From contig NMRA01000125.1 in NCBI GenBank assembly GCA_002633005.1, positions 319,971 to 383,970 of the forward strand: a DNA stretch of 64,000 bases, written 5' to 3'. The stretch is from Phoronis australis (Eukaryota > Animalia > Phoronida). The position numbers and the translations under genes were made by a program. Below, piece by piece: positions 1-15,600 of this stretch; position 1 is the stretch's first letter, and each line of letters begins with the position of its first letter. Under the pieces are notes generated by a model. That model was given only the letters and a program-made list of their open reading frames with translations. It did no database searches and was not told the origin of the DNA.

Positions 1-498
1 TGTTTTACGAATTTTAATTGGTCTACTTTGTTCACAAGCCAAATCAGTCATTTGTGTAAAGAGTTCATACAGTCATCTCTGTTCCATAGGGCCCCAAACA
101 AACAAAGTATGCCATTGATTAAAGTAAACGCATTAGCCATTGCTCATGACAGCCAGTCTGTCAGATTTCACTTCATGTACACGGCATGTTTTTCTCATAC
201 GCCTGTATGTGAAGATGGGCCCAAATTTGGGCTTAGACATGGAGAGCAAATTTTTTTGAAATGAGTGAAACTTGACCCATCCATTACAAAATGATGTATA
301 TTCAAGTGAAGCAACATGTGCACACATACAAGGGGTATCCTCATACACCTATAACTTAGCTTAAATAGTGGGAAACACTTGTCTAAACAAAAAAATATAA
401 AAAATAAACAAAAAATGCATCATTCTGAATATAAGCACATTAAGCACATGGTTGGGTTAGTATTCATGCTCCACATCAGTTCATTCATTCTCCTTCAG

Positions 499-646
499 CA
501 ACCATCCAGTGACTGGCAGAAGGTAGACTATCTGTTAGAGTTTGGACAGTGGCTCTTTTGTAACGAGTTTGATCTGGAGGATGCCTTGGATCAGGTGGAA
601 TGGGCTGTGGACATCCTATTGAACATGAAGTTTGACACACAAGAAG
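499..646 (+). CDS. CFAP46: CFAP46 exon w1 (QPSSDWQKVDYLLEFGQW...DTQE)
   Basis: ttcag| acceptor, |gtaagt donor, phase 0-1. Confidence 0.9.
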
Positions 647-3600
647 GTAAGTGACTGAACTTCATTTGCTAGTCATAATCATTAGTCTCAGAAATCAGAA
701 GACTCAGAAATTATTGAACATTTCCACTGCATTAACTTCTCCCTTTGTCTAATTTTAATCTGCTTAACACTGTTTTCTGTTACTGAAATTTATGAATTTA
801 TTGTGAACCTCCCATTCATGCGCAAGTTTTCCCTGAGACTGAAAGAGACAGGTTGAATAAAGCATACCTAGTATCTCTATCTGGGCCATGTCCTGTCATG
901 GTGTGTTTCATTCAGTTACACACTGTAAACATTTGGGATGCCGAGTATTTTTCCCAATTGAGTAAGAGCCATGTAAGATACTCCAGACACACATTAATTG
1001 CTATACCTCTGATGGACGGGGCTGTATAAGGGAAGTGGTGGTGCCGGCTGAGGGTAGTCTTAAACCAGTTATTGCATTCAATCTGGGGTAATCGTCTCGG
1101 GAGAAAACTTGGAGCTATAATTAACTATTACAAACTAGTCGCCAGGAACTTGGGATTAATGATTCCTGCTTCTGTCTGGCTTACAAGTGAGCTAAATAAC
1201 TTAATTCATTTAATACTAGGAGAGAAATGCTTGAATACTTCCCGAATTAAAATTTCACTTTTTAAAGCATGAACTTCATGTCACAACTAGTGGTGTATGT
1301 TTTTGAAGAGAATGTCTGTTTACATGATAACCCCTAGGGCCATTTTGTTTTGGGTAGTAATTAAGTTTACTTCAGGGTGCAATTTTGCAAAACTCTACAA
1401 TGGTGTGAAACTTTATGGAGAACCTTGTGTTGTTCTAAAAATGTAATCATATGCTGATTGGGCCAATTAGGGTTCACATCATAGGAGAAACAGCCTGTTT
1501 GGGGCATATTTTTCTAATTTGTTTCAATTACCCCATGAGGGGCCTAGTACAGGGGAAAAGTCAAGCCAAAACCCAATTAAATTTGTGAACTGAAGCGCAA
1601 GTTTCAGTTACCCCATTCCCTGCTAAGGCAATAGAAAGTCAGCTGGATAGGCTGCCAACAGGCAATGGGCAATTAGTTTTAGGATATAATGAGGTGTTAT
1701 TAGGGGATTACATGAGTGCAGCTGAACTGAATTCAAAGGGCTCTTGTGGCCAATCATCATCTGATGGTCAATTTGTGCCAGTCCAGTACTCCAAGGTCCT
1801 CTTGCAGGTAGCGCCAGCTATTGTGAACTAGGAATAACTCAATATCATGTCAGGTCATTAGTAATGAACCCCATGTGACCATGCTTTTACCATTTGCTTT
1901 GTTATATGATTATATTTTCTTTTTCAAGAAGCTGTTTTTCGGCATTTTGTAGATGCCCACATCATTATGTGCAATACCTTCTGCATGAATCTGTCTTCTA
2001 ACAATTATCAGCCTCTTTTTATTCCCATTCCATTTTGTTCTGCATTGGACTAATGGACTAATTTGTTCAAAAATTAAGAAAGCTATCCAAAAAGCATAAA
2101 TATGTCATTGTGTTTTTTGAGACTCGCACAGCTTAAAGACGAAACTTTTGGGCTGTTGTCATGCTTTTATAGAATTTTAATAATAAAAATAAATTGTTTG
2201 TACCACTAATGACATTTTCCAGCTGTTTTGCCGTGATAACATTGTTTGTTAGCCAATCGCTTTTCAAATAGTCACTGTTAAGTATAACCTTGGTCTGTTC
2301 TTTATTTGACAGACTTTAAATTTTTCAACCGGTCAGGTGAAAGTTGAATTCAAAGTTCTTCATTGTATTCATTTTGACACTAACATAGATATACAAGACA
2401 TATTGCTTTCAACATATTTTATAAGCTTTATCTCTTCACAAATCTCACTAAGTATGATTTAAAGGTTTTACTCTCGCGCTTATCTCAACTTTATAAGATA
2501 TGTCCAGTCACACAGTTCAGAGCATGTGTTCAGATTTTGGTGTGCAGAGTTAGACAGAACCACACTACAATATGTTCCAACTTTTGGTTTCTCTTTTTCA
2601 TGCACAGCACGTGATTTGAACTTAGAGATCTGTTTTGGGAAACAATATCCTAAATATTGTATTTGCCATTTTGTGATCAGGCAGAAGCTTCCTTGAATCA
2701 AAACAGAATGAAAAATAAGCAATATTTTTGTATTACCATTCAGATTTAAGGGTTTAGCATCTATGTGTGACTTAATAGCTGCAACAACATCAAAAACTTT
2801 ATGACTTTTAACATAATGTAACAACCAATGACATTGTTAATATTTTCTGCGCTTATCTCACAGGTTATTTCTGGAAAATAGTCTTTGTATTGACTCTGCA
2901 TCATGTTCTGTTCACGTTTAATTATCTTTCTGTTATTCGTTATTTTCTTTTTACTCTGTGATTTTGTTGTTTCTCTTTAGTTCGTTCTCGGCAGCGGTCA
3001 TCCAGTGCCAAAGGAAAAGGTATAGTGCATATGTCACGCCTCGTATTTGGCTGCTTTAAATGTGTGCACTAGTTGTTAGATCCCATATGCATGTTGTAGG
3101 TACACATCTAGGCTTGTTCTATATTTTTTAAAGTTTTTGGCTGGCCAAAATATTCAAATTACCTAATTTTGAGCCGATCTGTTAAAATAATTCCAAAGTT
3201 TGAAATTTTTAGTCTTCATGTCATAATTTCGTACTACTTATTTACAAGAAAGTATTTTACATAGCCTTGTTTACATACCCCGACCTTTCAGATGTTGTAA
3301 TTGTTATTGATCTCACATGTTTTCACTAGGTGGCACTCAAAATATGCACCAATCCTGGGCATGGTTAACTCAGGGGAGCAAATTTCTCTTCTCTATCTCA
3401 AAGCCAGAAAATGTGAAACTTATGCAGGCAATAACACTTCATAAAGCTCCACCTACAGCCTGAAAATCGAGTAGTACATTGATTTCGAAGTGCTTGTTTC
3501 TGCTTTTTATGGCTTGTAGAAACCAAACTGGTCCTCACTGAGAAACAACCTAAAATGCACAAAATTAGCAGTCTTTGCTTGCAATTGCAAGGAGACGGGC

Positions 3601-6600
3601 ATCCTGAGTACTAAGGTGTTCTGGATTCTAAAAATTTAGTGAAAATTGGTTGTCGACTAGCCCAAATTTTTTGCTAATCTGAAGAGTTTGAATTATTTGT
3701 TCTAAAATTCCACCTTTGAACCAGGGCATGGCAGAGTGTTTAGTACTAGAACAGTCATGATCACAACAAGCAGGGTCAAAGGGCCAACGAGGTCTGTATC
3801 AATCTCAGAATGCTCAGTCAATCTAGCACCCTCCAATTTCCATTCCAGGGAGTGGATATCTGACTGTGTCTCAGAAAAAAACTAATGAGTGCCACTTAGG
3901 TTAAGACAGGAACTACTTGAGATCTCACAAGAATTCACTGTCAAAAACACTGTCCCCCTACACATTGCACTTTAAAAAGTCGATGTTGTGAAACCAAAAC
4001 TTTCAGCAGAAGTACGGTTCACATCTCAATTGTTCATTATTCACGATGTATTAGTGAACAAAACACTTTTAGCTAGGCTCTAAGCATTTTGAACTGTGTC
4101 TTATGGTTTTAATTGAAACAATTTTATGTCTGTATTAGGGAAGGCAAAGAAAGGCAAAGGCAAACGTGTAAAGACACCAACAGCTTCAGCCACCAAACTG
4201 AAGCAGTCGAATGAGGCTGCGGCTGGCTCTCCTGAGCCAGCCAATAGCGTTGCAGAAACAGAGCCGAGTATACGAGCATCAGACTACATCCCTGTCAATA
4301 AGGAGGCCATCATAGGTGCTTTGTGTTGCATGTCATTTCCGTGATCATAATGATTTCAGTCAGTTTATAGACTGGAGTGTTGATGTAGTGTATCGTAAAT
4401 TTATTATCTATCACAGATCCTGTGTTTAGCTTGCTATTGACATCATTCCAGTTTTTTTATTACTAACTAAAATGTATTATATGTAGGAAAATGGTTTGTA
4501 AGAGTGATTTGTAGTATCAGAATGTTCTCCATGGAGGAAGATCCTTTACATTTCTTGCAGAAATGAGAAATATTTTGAAGATTCATTTTTTTCGTGAATG
4601 TTTGTTAGTTAATACCCCTCGTTGGTCATTTTGCTGAAGGTGTGACACTGTTGAACGAGAATCTTGCTGTAACAGACCTGAGTGACGCACGCCAACTCGA
4701 CAATCTCATCACGTGTCACGTGATCCTTGGAACCATTGCGGGTCGCAAGTCGGAGAATCACGCCAGCTATTTACTGGCTGCTTATGGCTATGTGATCCGT
4801 CTGTGGCAGGTGGGTGTAGGCAGACAAAGTTGTCGCAGTGTCAGTTCTACAGTAGTGTCCACTAGAGTTCACTCATTCATGTTGAGTCAACGTGTTAGGA
4901 AAAAAATTTTTGTTAGAGAGGTTGTTATCGAGGCGCTCAATGACTTTAAATGCTGTCAGCAGCAATTCCGATTACAACTGGTAATAAATATGAATTCAAA
5001 GTTACAGGTTAAGACTGAGATAGTAGTGTAATGTATGACCAGTCTTTCAAGGGGTCTCCTGCATCGTATGGTGCATTTGTTTTTGAGATCATTTTCAGTA
5101 GTTGTTATTAATTTACCATTTTTTATTTATTATAATTAGTATGTTAGTTTTGCGGCCACTCCTACTGAGAACGCGATCAGTGGTATTTCTCAGTAGTTTT
5201 TGAAAATATTAGGGACCATCATGCCATCAAATTATCACTACTGTTTAGTGCCGTGCTACTCAAATGAGTCATGCGAAAATGTTGGTGATTGAGAAAATTT
5301 GCAGTTAAATCACTTTCCACAGTTAGAAGACTCCTTTTGTGCTCTCACTATGGCAAAGAGTTCTATGTAGAATGTGTCTTGTTGCAGGTGACTCTTGGTG
5401 CGTCAGGACCGGTGATGAAAGAAATCGCTAAGAACGCCGCCGCCGAGGCAGCAGAGCAAACCAAGGGGTCAGCAAAGGGGAAAGGGAAGAAGACGGAGGA
5501 AAAGGTAGGGGACATATAAGGGTTTTTTACACGCCTGTCATCAAAACTTCCTGCAATCTGAAGACCGAAGCTCTTTTGTAGAAGTGACTCAAGACTTAAG
5601 AGTGCCGGAATTGATCTAAATTAAAAATGTCCAAAAGTCGGAAGAGCTGAACATTCAGAAAGAAGTCTGTTAAAACCAAGTTTTCAACATGTCAGCAATG
5701 GCTTGTTGCTGTAGTAACTCATCTGTTTACCTACAGCTTGGGTAAATAGCAAGTCACATGGACGTTGTGCCCATCAAATTTTATTTGAGACTTGACTGAG
5801 TATGCCATGCTTCAAGTAAACTTTCCAGTGTGGTTTATTGTCTAACTAGGCTTGAGTCTAGTTTGAAAGTCATTGGTCCTGGGGTCTGAAAACGATTAAG
5901 AATTCTTAAGATAGAAATATTTGCCTTATCCTCCAACTTTGCTTTATTGAATAAAGTTTGCCATGATGTAATCATTATCTTATCAAAGTTTAACAAATAA
6001 TTTGGATAAACTGTCTTTACCCTGAAATTATGGGACAATGCATTGTTTCTCAGAGACTTTAAAGTTTGTATTTTCAATTAATGATGTAATATTGATTATT
6101 TATTATAATTATGTGGAGTGTGACATGAAAATTTTCTGCCTTTAGTCTTGAGCCGTAAGTCTTGATGAATTGTTTGAATTGTCATCTGTCCCTAGTTTGT
6201 CTTATGTTATAGCTATGGCTGGTTATGCATATAATAATTTCATAACTGTGTTCTTTTTCTAGCCTGTCAAAGAGAAACCCAAGCGTAAAGGACCATTGGA
6301 CTTTATTCCCACCACAATTGAGGAGTGGGCAGTCTACGATGCACCCGATGAACTCTTAGAAGCGTGTAAACACGAGGCAATGAAATCAAGTGGAATCAAC
6401 ATAAACACCTTGCAGAAACCGGTAAGTCTGCTTGGCCTTTTGCTGCAAATTTATTGTGAAGGCTGCCATTGCAACCGAGTTGCTGAAAAGTTAGATTGAA
6501 TAGATTGTCCAAGTTCAAAAAATTATAAAATCCTGACGCGGATGAGTTGTTGAACTTTTCCTATCAACAAGTGAATGGTACTGGACTTTGACGTTTTATT

Positions 6601-9600
6601 GATAGTAAGAGACATCGTAAACACAAAGGATTGTGGGATAGCAGTCATTCTGAGCAGCTCTGACAGCAGATGCAGTTGTTTCATCACTTCATTACATAGC
6701 ACTGGTATTTTGCCTTCTTCTCGTTGGTCAAATGGTCAAATGAACATCATGATAACGTATGTGCGTTGCACTGCCGTTGTGCGCCACAGGGCCCTGTGTA
6801 CTTGTTTTTTATCAGTTTCCCTCTCATAGAGAATCTGCTGTCTGTTGCTTAGGAGCATCCTCTGTCTCTGGTTTTAAATCAGAGTTTTCCTTCTCCTAGG
6901 CAAACTGCCTGCCAAGGCAAATGCATTCTGTCTACCCGTGTTTGGAATCAGAGTTTTTTCTCCTAGACAAACTGCCTTCCAAGGCTAACAAGCTCCATCT
7001 ACCCGGGTTTGGAATTGGAGTTTTCCATTTTCCTAGGTTGAGTAGGTTCACGGCACCTTTCTCTGTATTAATTGGTGCAACCTTCATCTAGAAGGATTTC
7101 CCCCATCCACTATGCCATACAACCACAGCGCGAGGATGCTGGTATTTTAAACTGCCAGAAGTTTGGCTTTTTGTAGATATGCCAAGTTAACAACTTGTAG
7201 CATCTCTGTTGAGAAATTGGTCATGAAAATATCATTTTTCTGATCGAGCAACACATCCTATAACCTAGTGTGTTGGATACCCCTTGAAGTAATGGTACAC
7301 CAATATGTGTAACCAATGGAAACCAGTCTGAAAAATACCAGTTGGATGTGAGACATTGTCAGTGATAACTTTCAAAGGATGCAGCTTGATTTTGTGGTGT
7401 CCCTGTATTGCCGTACAGCCATGTTGCTATGAAATTCTTGTTTCATTCTTTTTGTTTTTTGTTAGTTATGCTATATATTAATAATTTTCTTTCATTGCAG
7501 ACCCTCACTCTCCACTACTTTGGTGTTTTGGTTGATGAACTCGTTAAGCTCGGATACAATCATCTTGCACTTCCTGTCCTCGCCATGGCTGACCTGATCA
7601 GTAGAGATCTTGTTAAAAGTAACCCTTTCAATGCTGCAGTTCACATGAGGTAGGCTGGATGTTGAATGTTTGAAGTTGGAAAACATCATATTTCCTCCTT
7701 GAGAAACTTGGGAGGTTTTGTATATTGGGAGTTTAGTTATGTTTAAATGTCATACGGTGTTCACATGGTGGTGAAATATGGTTGTTTCTCCAGTTGTGTT
7801 AAGTGTTCACATGCTGGGTGATTTAGCCACTGGTGAATGTTCAATGAAGCTATTTCCTGTCCATGACCACATTTTGTGGGTGGCTTCAAAACTCTTCTTG
7901 CAATTGAGTATTAGTGTTAGACTCAGAGAGTAGCGGCAAAGTAAACATGCTGATTGTAAACATTGTAAAGTCATGCCCAAGGATACAGCTAACATGTTAA
8001 AAATAATTCTCATCTCTTAGTGCCATTCATTAGTAATAGCTCAGCCGTGTAATTGTTGGAGAACTGGGTTAGTGCAAACAGGTCAAAAAAAGGAAATTTA
8101 GTATAATATTGTGGTAACATCTGATTGTGATTACAGAGCCAGTGAAGTATGTCTCCAGCTGAACTTGGCTAGTGGTGTCTCCTTCCATGAGTCTTTAGCT
8201 GGTACTATTGGGGTGGAGGAAAGTGAAGTGGCAAGGTAATTTATGACTTACCAGTTTGACCACTGTAAAAATTAGTAACAGTTTCATCAGGATATAAGGT
8301 CGGCTGTATTCAAGTTGAGTATCCAGTTGTCATGAGCCAGTTTTGATGGTACTAAGATCGTATTACCTTCGATAGAATGTATAAGAAGGTAATACTTCTT
8401 GCTCTTTGTTGGATTCAGGAAATAATGCATTCCACAGCATAGCAAGTTTGTTGCGAGAAAAACAAGATCATGCAAGACTTGTCGAAACTGCATGACTAAA
8501 AGGTGAGCAGTGTTTTGCGAGAAAGCTCATAACCACATTAGCATATTCGAGTATTGGCTGCCAATGATGTGATTGGTCGACGAGGCTGGAATAATGTTGA
8601 ATCATGGGAGAGAATTCATGGTTTATCGCGTCCTAATTGTGTTCACGGAGTGCATTGAAGCACTTGTATAGAAGAAACACACAGTGTTTTATTCGTGTCT
8701 GCCCATCATTGCAGGTCACGTGAAGAAATCTGTGCATGGAAAGAAAAGTTGGCCCAGGTGGCGCTGGAAGAGCAGCGTATCAAGGCGACTCTAAAGCGAC
8801 TGGAGGCAGAGGGCGAGGATAAAGTAGCCATTGAGAAACTGAGGAAAGAACAGGAGGAAAACTCGACCAGTCTACACCTGGGTAAGTTGTCGGGCTCACT
8901 TCTTGCCACTAGGGGGAGTAATTTGACGTCGTGCAAAGAAAAACAATATGCTAGCGTTTTTCTGACAGTAGTGACTTTTTTACTCTGCATATACAGCGAA
9001 CTTGAGAGTGTCCTATTCAACATAGTTAATAGACACTAGTGTCATGCTTTTAAACAATTTATAATGAATATACACCTGATATGGTGTTAGTTGTCATGTA
9101 GCCCTTTGTGAAATCATTTGCACATTGATGTAGGAACACAAGACTTAATATACAAAATGTTCATGTCTAGATAATACTGAAAGCCTTTACTGCCTGGAGA
9201 TTTCTTTTTATTGACTGCAGCTACTGAGATACTCAACTCATTCCACTGCCTCATTCCCTGGTGAAACACTAGCATGCAGAAATATAGCTAGTGTTTTAAT
9301 GTGTTGGTTTGTTATGTCTCTCGGTGTTTTGCTACATAGCTGCACACCTGAAAAAAGGACATTGTTTCGTCACTACGAACGACTCTGTATCAAGCTTTCA
9401 AACAAAATGTTTAGTCGTGTTTTCAATGAAACGTGCAGATAACTGTAAGCTGTAATCTTACAGGGCAGGAAATTGGAAAGCTTTCTTTGCGTAAGGTATG
9501 GACGGAGGCAGCAGAGATTGCCATCAGGCAGGGTTACTACCAGCCTGCCCGGGAGATGTTAAATGAAGCCCTGTTGTCGGCAAAGGTAACTAATTAAATG

Positions 9601-12600
9601 GCAGTTTGTTGTTGTGACTACTATGTAAAGTTAAACGTTTACATTAGGTATTTGGAAATCAAGACAATTATTTTACCTTGTACTTGGGTTAAATCTTGGA
9701 ACTAAATTTAAAGATCACCATGATTTTGGGTTGAGGCTATTTTCTGTTAACATTGTGACTCAGAGGAACTTGCTAAAAGACCATTGTGAGCTCTGGGTCA
9801 CAGTTTTCATCATATAATAATTCACTCTCCAAACTCTTCATTCCCCTCTCTAAGAAATATATCCTCATTGTTGCAATATTGTTGACATTTCATTTTGATT
9901 AAATGTGTTATTGTGTGCTCAATGTACATGTGTGTGACTAATTTTTATTTTTGTCAATTGTTCAGGCGTTTGAAGACAAACCTTTGATTGCGGATATCCT
10001 CTACAACTTTGCTCAGTTGTCGTTCAGTGAAGCCCAGTTTGGTCAGGCAGTCAACTTGTGCCAGGAAGCTCAAGTAAGTTAGATTAGAGTGTGGTTATAT
10101 GACATGATGATACTTCTCCAGACTTGGAGAACAACAAATTATTTTCCATGCTTATCATGTGCAAGTCTTAATTAAAGTAATATTGTACCTATTATCGTAA
10201 TGAGAAAAATGAAATTTTAGTGGAAACCATTATTGACTTTGTGGTCTTAAGCATGCTTTGCACAAATACAACTAACTCCGAGTGAGCATTTGCACTTGTC
10301 CAGTAGAAAACGTCCAAAGAGTAGAAAATGGCATTTGTACTTACAAGATTTCTTTTCCAAGCTGTTGTGCATTAATTACTGTGTATTTATGATTGTAATT
10401 TTTTCTCACTAGGCAAGTCATAATGGTGATGAGATGTTCTGGTACAAGACTACAGACTTGAGTATTGAAGCCATGCTGGCAGATCACAGCACCAGGGACA
10501 ACTTGAAAACAGTAAATATCTACAGTCACTGAGTTTAACAATATGCAGACTGTAGAGTCGATGTTCAATTTTCATATCTTTTTGAGAATTAAAAGAAGGA
10601 ACGTACAATAGAAGACAAAGTATGTTTTTCTGTCATGGCAACTGAATCTGTTAACAGTATAAATGACTGGTTATAACAAGGCGGCAAAATTCTAATGAAA
10701 AGTGGCTTTAGAAAATCTTACTTAACATTCCTGTTACTTCCTCTTCAATGTTGTTCTTGAGGGATGAGAACTATTAGGATGAATTTGACTTCCACCCAGC
10801 TGTCTTGACGGAACTGACTTCAGGGTCTGAATATTTTTGGCTTGTACTGTACTTTCCAACTAATGAGCGCGGTGTTTTGAAAATATTGTGCCCTGATTGA
10901 AAATAGTTTTGCTTAAGAGTTAAGACTAGCGTCATGATTATACAATTTTTGTCGGCGGCAAATTGTGTCGTCATTGAATCAGCGCATACGATACAATTTT
11001 TCATCATAAGAATGTCTGTGCTGGCGGGCTTTAGAATTTTTGCTGCACACTTTATAATGCACACTTTCAACTGTGCTAAGGATAGTTATGTGGTAGACAA
11101 AGATTGAAGTTTGATGCAACCCTGTCAAAGTTTATTATTACTTAATTGTTTTGAATTTGTTTTGCTGAATACAAACTGCGTTAACATCATTGTTTAGGTA
11201 TCCGAGTTGATAATCCACTGCCAAATTACGAATTAACACAATTTTTTATGCACCAACATTATGTGATCGCATGTTGTTATTTTAAGAATGGTTTTATTGA
11301 CTTGAAGAGATTTGAAGAAAAGTTCTATCTGTGTGTTTTTCATGTGCTTAGTCTTCTCCCAATAAGACTAATTTTACATTCCAATTGTTTAAAGTGCACT
11401 TGACGTAAAAACACACTAACTTCCTATTCAGGCTCGTGGAATGATTGTGGATGCACTGAACTCGTTTGGAGAGGTGGCTGATGAGAGACTGAACAAAATT
11501 AGTATCACTGGATTCATCATGGCTAAGTTGGAGGCCAAGTAAGTGATGGGACACAGCTTAGTAGTAGACATGAGACATCCACAAAGCAAACATGGCAATG
11601 GTCACATGCAGCAATGAGCCTTACTGCCATTTAGTGAGCATGGTGGCAAAAAATGTACTTTGTGGAAAATCTTAAAGAATAAAGTTCCTTATTTTTTCCA
11701 TTTTACTTTTTCATGGAGTTGGAGGTTTCAAATGCAATTCACGTGGCCTGTTGAAGGATTTTTGGTTTTTAGTTACCAAAATACGGTTCATGAGCTCGAT
11801 CAATGATCACTTTGCAGCTGACATTATTCATTTCTTTTCAAGGTGGCGCTGTGTTCTTTCTGATCTCCACTTGAGAAATATGGAGTGTTTTGAATTGAAA
11901 ATGGTACTGCTGAATCTTTTTGAAATATGATATTCTTTTCATGATGTCATTTTTTTCAAGTGAAAGTAGAAGTACCTAGTACCTACAGAAACAGGTGTCA
12001 GCACAAGTCGCCTGTGCCATGTGACCATTGCTTGATGAAAGCTGACTGTGCAAAACAATTATTGTTAATAGGTGGCACTGCTATTTACTGTGTCTCTGTG
12101 TAGAACATAGCAGGTCCTTGAATAGCAATTCTTTGTAATGACAGTTTGTGAAATAACAATGTTTCAGTGTTCAATGAATCAGTCACACAATTTATTTTCT
12201 AACTCAAATTCACCTCACCAAAACACTTGTCTGCTGTTTCATAAATTAATTGGTGCATTGTTTTCCCTTTTTTGTCTGTGATTATAAGAAAACAATTTTG
12301 TGGCTTATAGTACTTGTAATAACTTTCTATGGCTTCTGATTTATAACTATTTCTTTCAGACTGGGCTCTGTTCAAGCCAAGATAACATTCACAACTCAGA
12401 AAAACATCATTCGACCAAAAGTCATCCGTGCACTCAAGTCGGCTTGTGACGTACGTTCTGTCTTATGTTACTTCATTAAGTCATTTTCAACATATTTTTG
12501 TCTTGTTCTGAGTTTACTGTTGTCCCATACACTGTACTACTAGCTCTATACTCAAAGTTTTTACAACTTTGCAAACGTGAGTCCAGAAAGGGAAAAATCC

Positions 12601-15600
12601 AAAAAATCAATGTGTTGTGGGTTCAGATGTTACGCGTGACCTTTCATTTCTGGTTTTACTGCAATTATCAGTGCTCCATCTAGTAACACCTAATATGGCT
12701 TGCAGTCACAGAATTGAGTCTGTTTTCAGACACAATGTTCCGCGACATAAAGTAGTTTGTCAACTGCTATTTGATTCGTTGGCTTCAGCAGAAATAATTT
12801 AAATTTTTTGTAAGCTCAGAAATCCCTTCCATACTCAGAGTAAAAAACATGATGTCAAGGCCAGTTTTGTTATTTAAAAGTAAATAGTCTTAATTCAAAA
12901 ATTTATTATAAAAGTTATATGTCTAATAGAAAATGGACAAAGGTGAGTGTAGTACCGCATAAATGAAAACTGTTTAAATTGACTTTCTCCCTCAACTGTA
13001 CATAATTCATGTAGAGCAACACTTAAAAAAGATGTGCTAGCACAACCATTGAATTCGTTTTTGTTAAGTAAATAAGCATGACCAGAGCAGCTTTCCGTAA
13101 ATGTGAGATTCTCTGAAAACGCAAGAACATACACGACTTTGTGAGATATTGCCATTTATCCCATATATGTGAAAATACGGTTTTGTATATGTCACATTAT
13201 TTAGTGTGAAAAACAGAAAAGTAGACCCAATCCGTATACAACAATAGAGGCCTTATGCAATGGTAGTATTTTATGGTGTATCTGCAGTCTCCTGGTGGAG
13301 TAAATTCACGAGTATGATGCCAAATTTGATTGGTCTCGTTCATTTGGGTTACCTTAAATCTTGATCCAAATGATTGTTGCTGAAAAAGCTGTTTGGTCGC
13401 GTTGCGACATTCCCAGATGAAGTGAATTTGTGATAATATATGGCAGTAGTATTCATATTTTTGTGGGATAACCTAATGTATTAGCAAGTGGATGACCATG
13501 CTAGCATCTACAACAGTCAGCTTGGCTCTACATTTCTATGTTTCTGTTATTGACAATGATTGGTATCCACATTCCTTTCAGAAACTGGACCACGCCTCTG
13601 AGCTGTTGAAGGACCTGAAGTACTATAGGGACTACTTGTTCGTGAAGAAAGAGCAGGCGGCCATATTGACCCAGATAGCCAAACAGATGGACGTGAGAGA
13701 TGAAAAACACGCCCACTTCATGATGGTCTGCATTCGTTACTTGTTTGGAAAATTCTTACAGTAGATTCGTGTTCTTATCTTTCCAAGACATTTGTTTCGT
13801 CTTTTATTTAACTCCACATTAGTCAAGATTGATCTTTTTAAACTGGCCTCATCATGGTCATGATAAACTGGCCTCATCATGGTCATGATAAACTATTTGT
13901 TAATGTTGCATTTCTTAATGTAAGTCTTGTCTTGCAGTCATGACCATTATTTGTCTATTGAATCTATTGTTGTAGGCCTTAGAAATTCTGGATGAAGCCA
14001 CCAGTGTAGCAGAAAAGACTACCTACTGCATTCAAACTTTGACATCTATTCAGCAGGTCTGTATGAAGGATACTTCTACATTTTATTTTCAGTTTTCGTT
14101 CTACATTTCGAATAATCAGAACCAAAATCCAAGGCAGATTTTTTAGTTTGAAAAGAAGCTGATCTTAGACATTTTTTCTGTTTCATTGCATTTCATCCTC
14201 TTTTCATTATTTATTATAAAAATAGCTAATTTTCATTGCTATGCATGTTTTCTATGCTTTATTGATAAAATGGATGATGCATTACGATTTAGCTTTTTAC
14301 ACGTTTGTAAGAAGCATACTAGATTACTGATGGATTTTGCATGAAGCATTTATTCCCTCTTTTCTCTTCCAGTCACGTAACATTTCCCTGCCTGTCCAAA
14401 GAGAGGCTGCTGAGCTTGAGTTGACTCGTGCTGACCTCATGAATGACATCTTGCAAACTTGGATGGAGGAAGAAAGACAAGAGCAGTTAGAGAATCGCCG
14501 GAAAGGATCCATTCAGAAGGTTAGAAAAAAGGCCTTTCCCACTGGCTTAAGTATCCTCAGTGTTACTGGAGTTTCGATCAATACTAACGCTTAACTTCGG
14601 TTTTGGAATAAAGAGGTGGATTTAACAGCGAAGTGTCAACACTCCACTACAATGGGAATGCTTAATTTTGAAATGGTCGCTGCATTTACCAACAGCATCA
14701 CTCAGGTCCATATTTTTAACATTTTGTTTCAATATTTATTAAATTGGCAGTAGAAGCATTTTGTTTCAAAAAATCAACATCATACAATGCAAATGGTGAC
14801 AGTCATATTAGTGCCACCTTGCAATAACTTTGCTGAATAGTTTTCTGAATAACTCTGAAGTGGATGGGAATGGTAACACTTAACAGTTAACATCAAAGCT
14901 TCGATAGTAGAGTTAACTGTTACGGAAAAAGGCCTTAAGAGATGGATATGAACTGGACATGCCATAATTTACAGATTTGCAAATTTGTTTATTCCATCAA
15001 GAGAGCAAAAAGTGAAAAACAGTGTCTTGGATTTGTTAGGCAAAGGGCCATCAGCTTAATATTAATAAGTTTGAAATCACATGACATTCGCCAAATATAG
15101 ACTTGTGGTTTGCTGGGTACTTTAACTGTCTCTAGTAGGTGAGCTGGTTACTCAAGATAGTTTATCGCAGTGAAATTGCATAGTGTTTTTTAATGGATAG
15201 TGAAGAAATGGTTGATAAATAATATGGTTATGCTACTTAATTAGAAATATTCAAAAACAGAACTTAAAGTATTAAAGGGACAGTAACCTCACATTCAGTG
15301 CAAAATCAAACGACAACTTACTGTAATGTTATCTTCTTCCTTTTTGGAGAGTAAATAGAATTATCTGGAATAACTGAGTAGTTGTTATTGCCTCAGACCA
15401 TGTCTATTAAATTGTTGGGTTAGCCGCAAAGTACGTATCATGGCCACCAGGGGATTTCCTGACAGTTTGTTGTAACAAGCAGAGGATAAGAAGGGGATGA
15501 CACTGCTTTGGAAGAGTGCAAACGCTAGGACGTGGTTTATAGTGGCTCTTAGTGTATTATTATGGTTCCCCTTGAGTGTTTTATTTTTAATGTCTATTAT

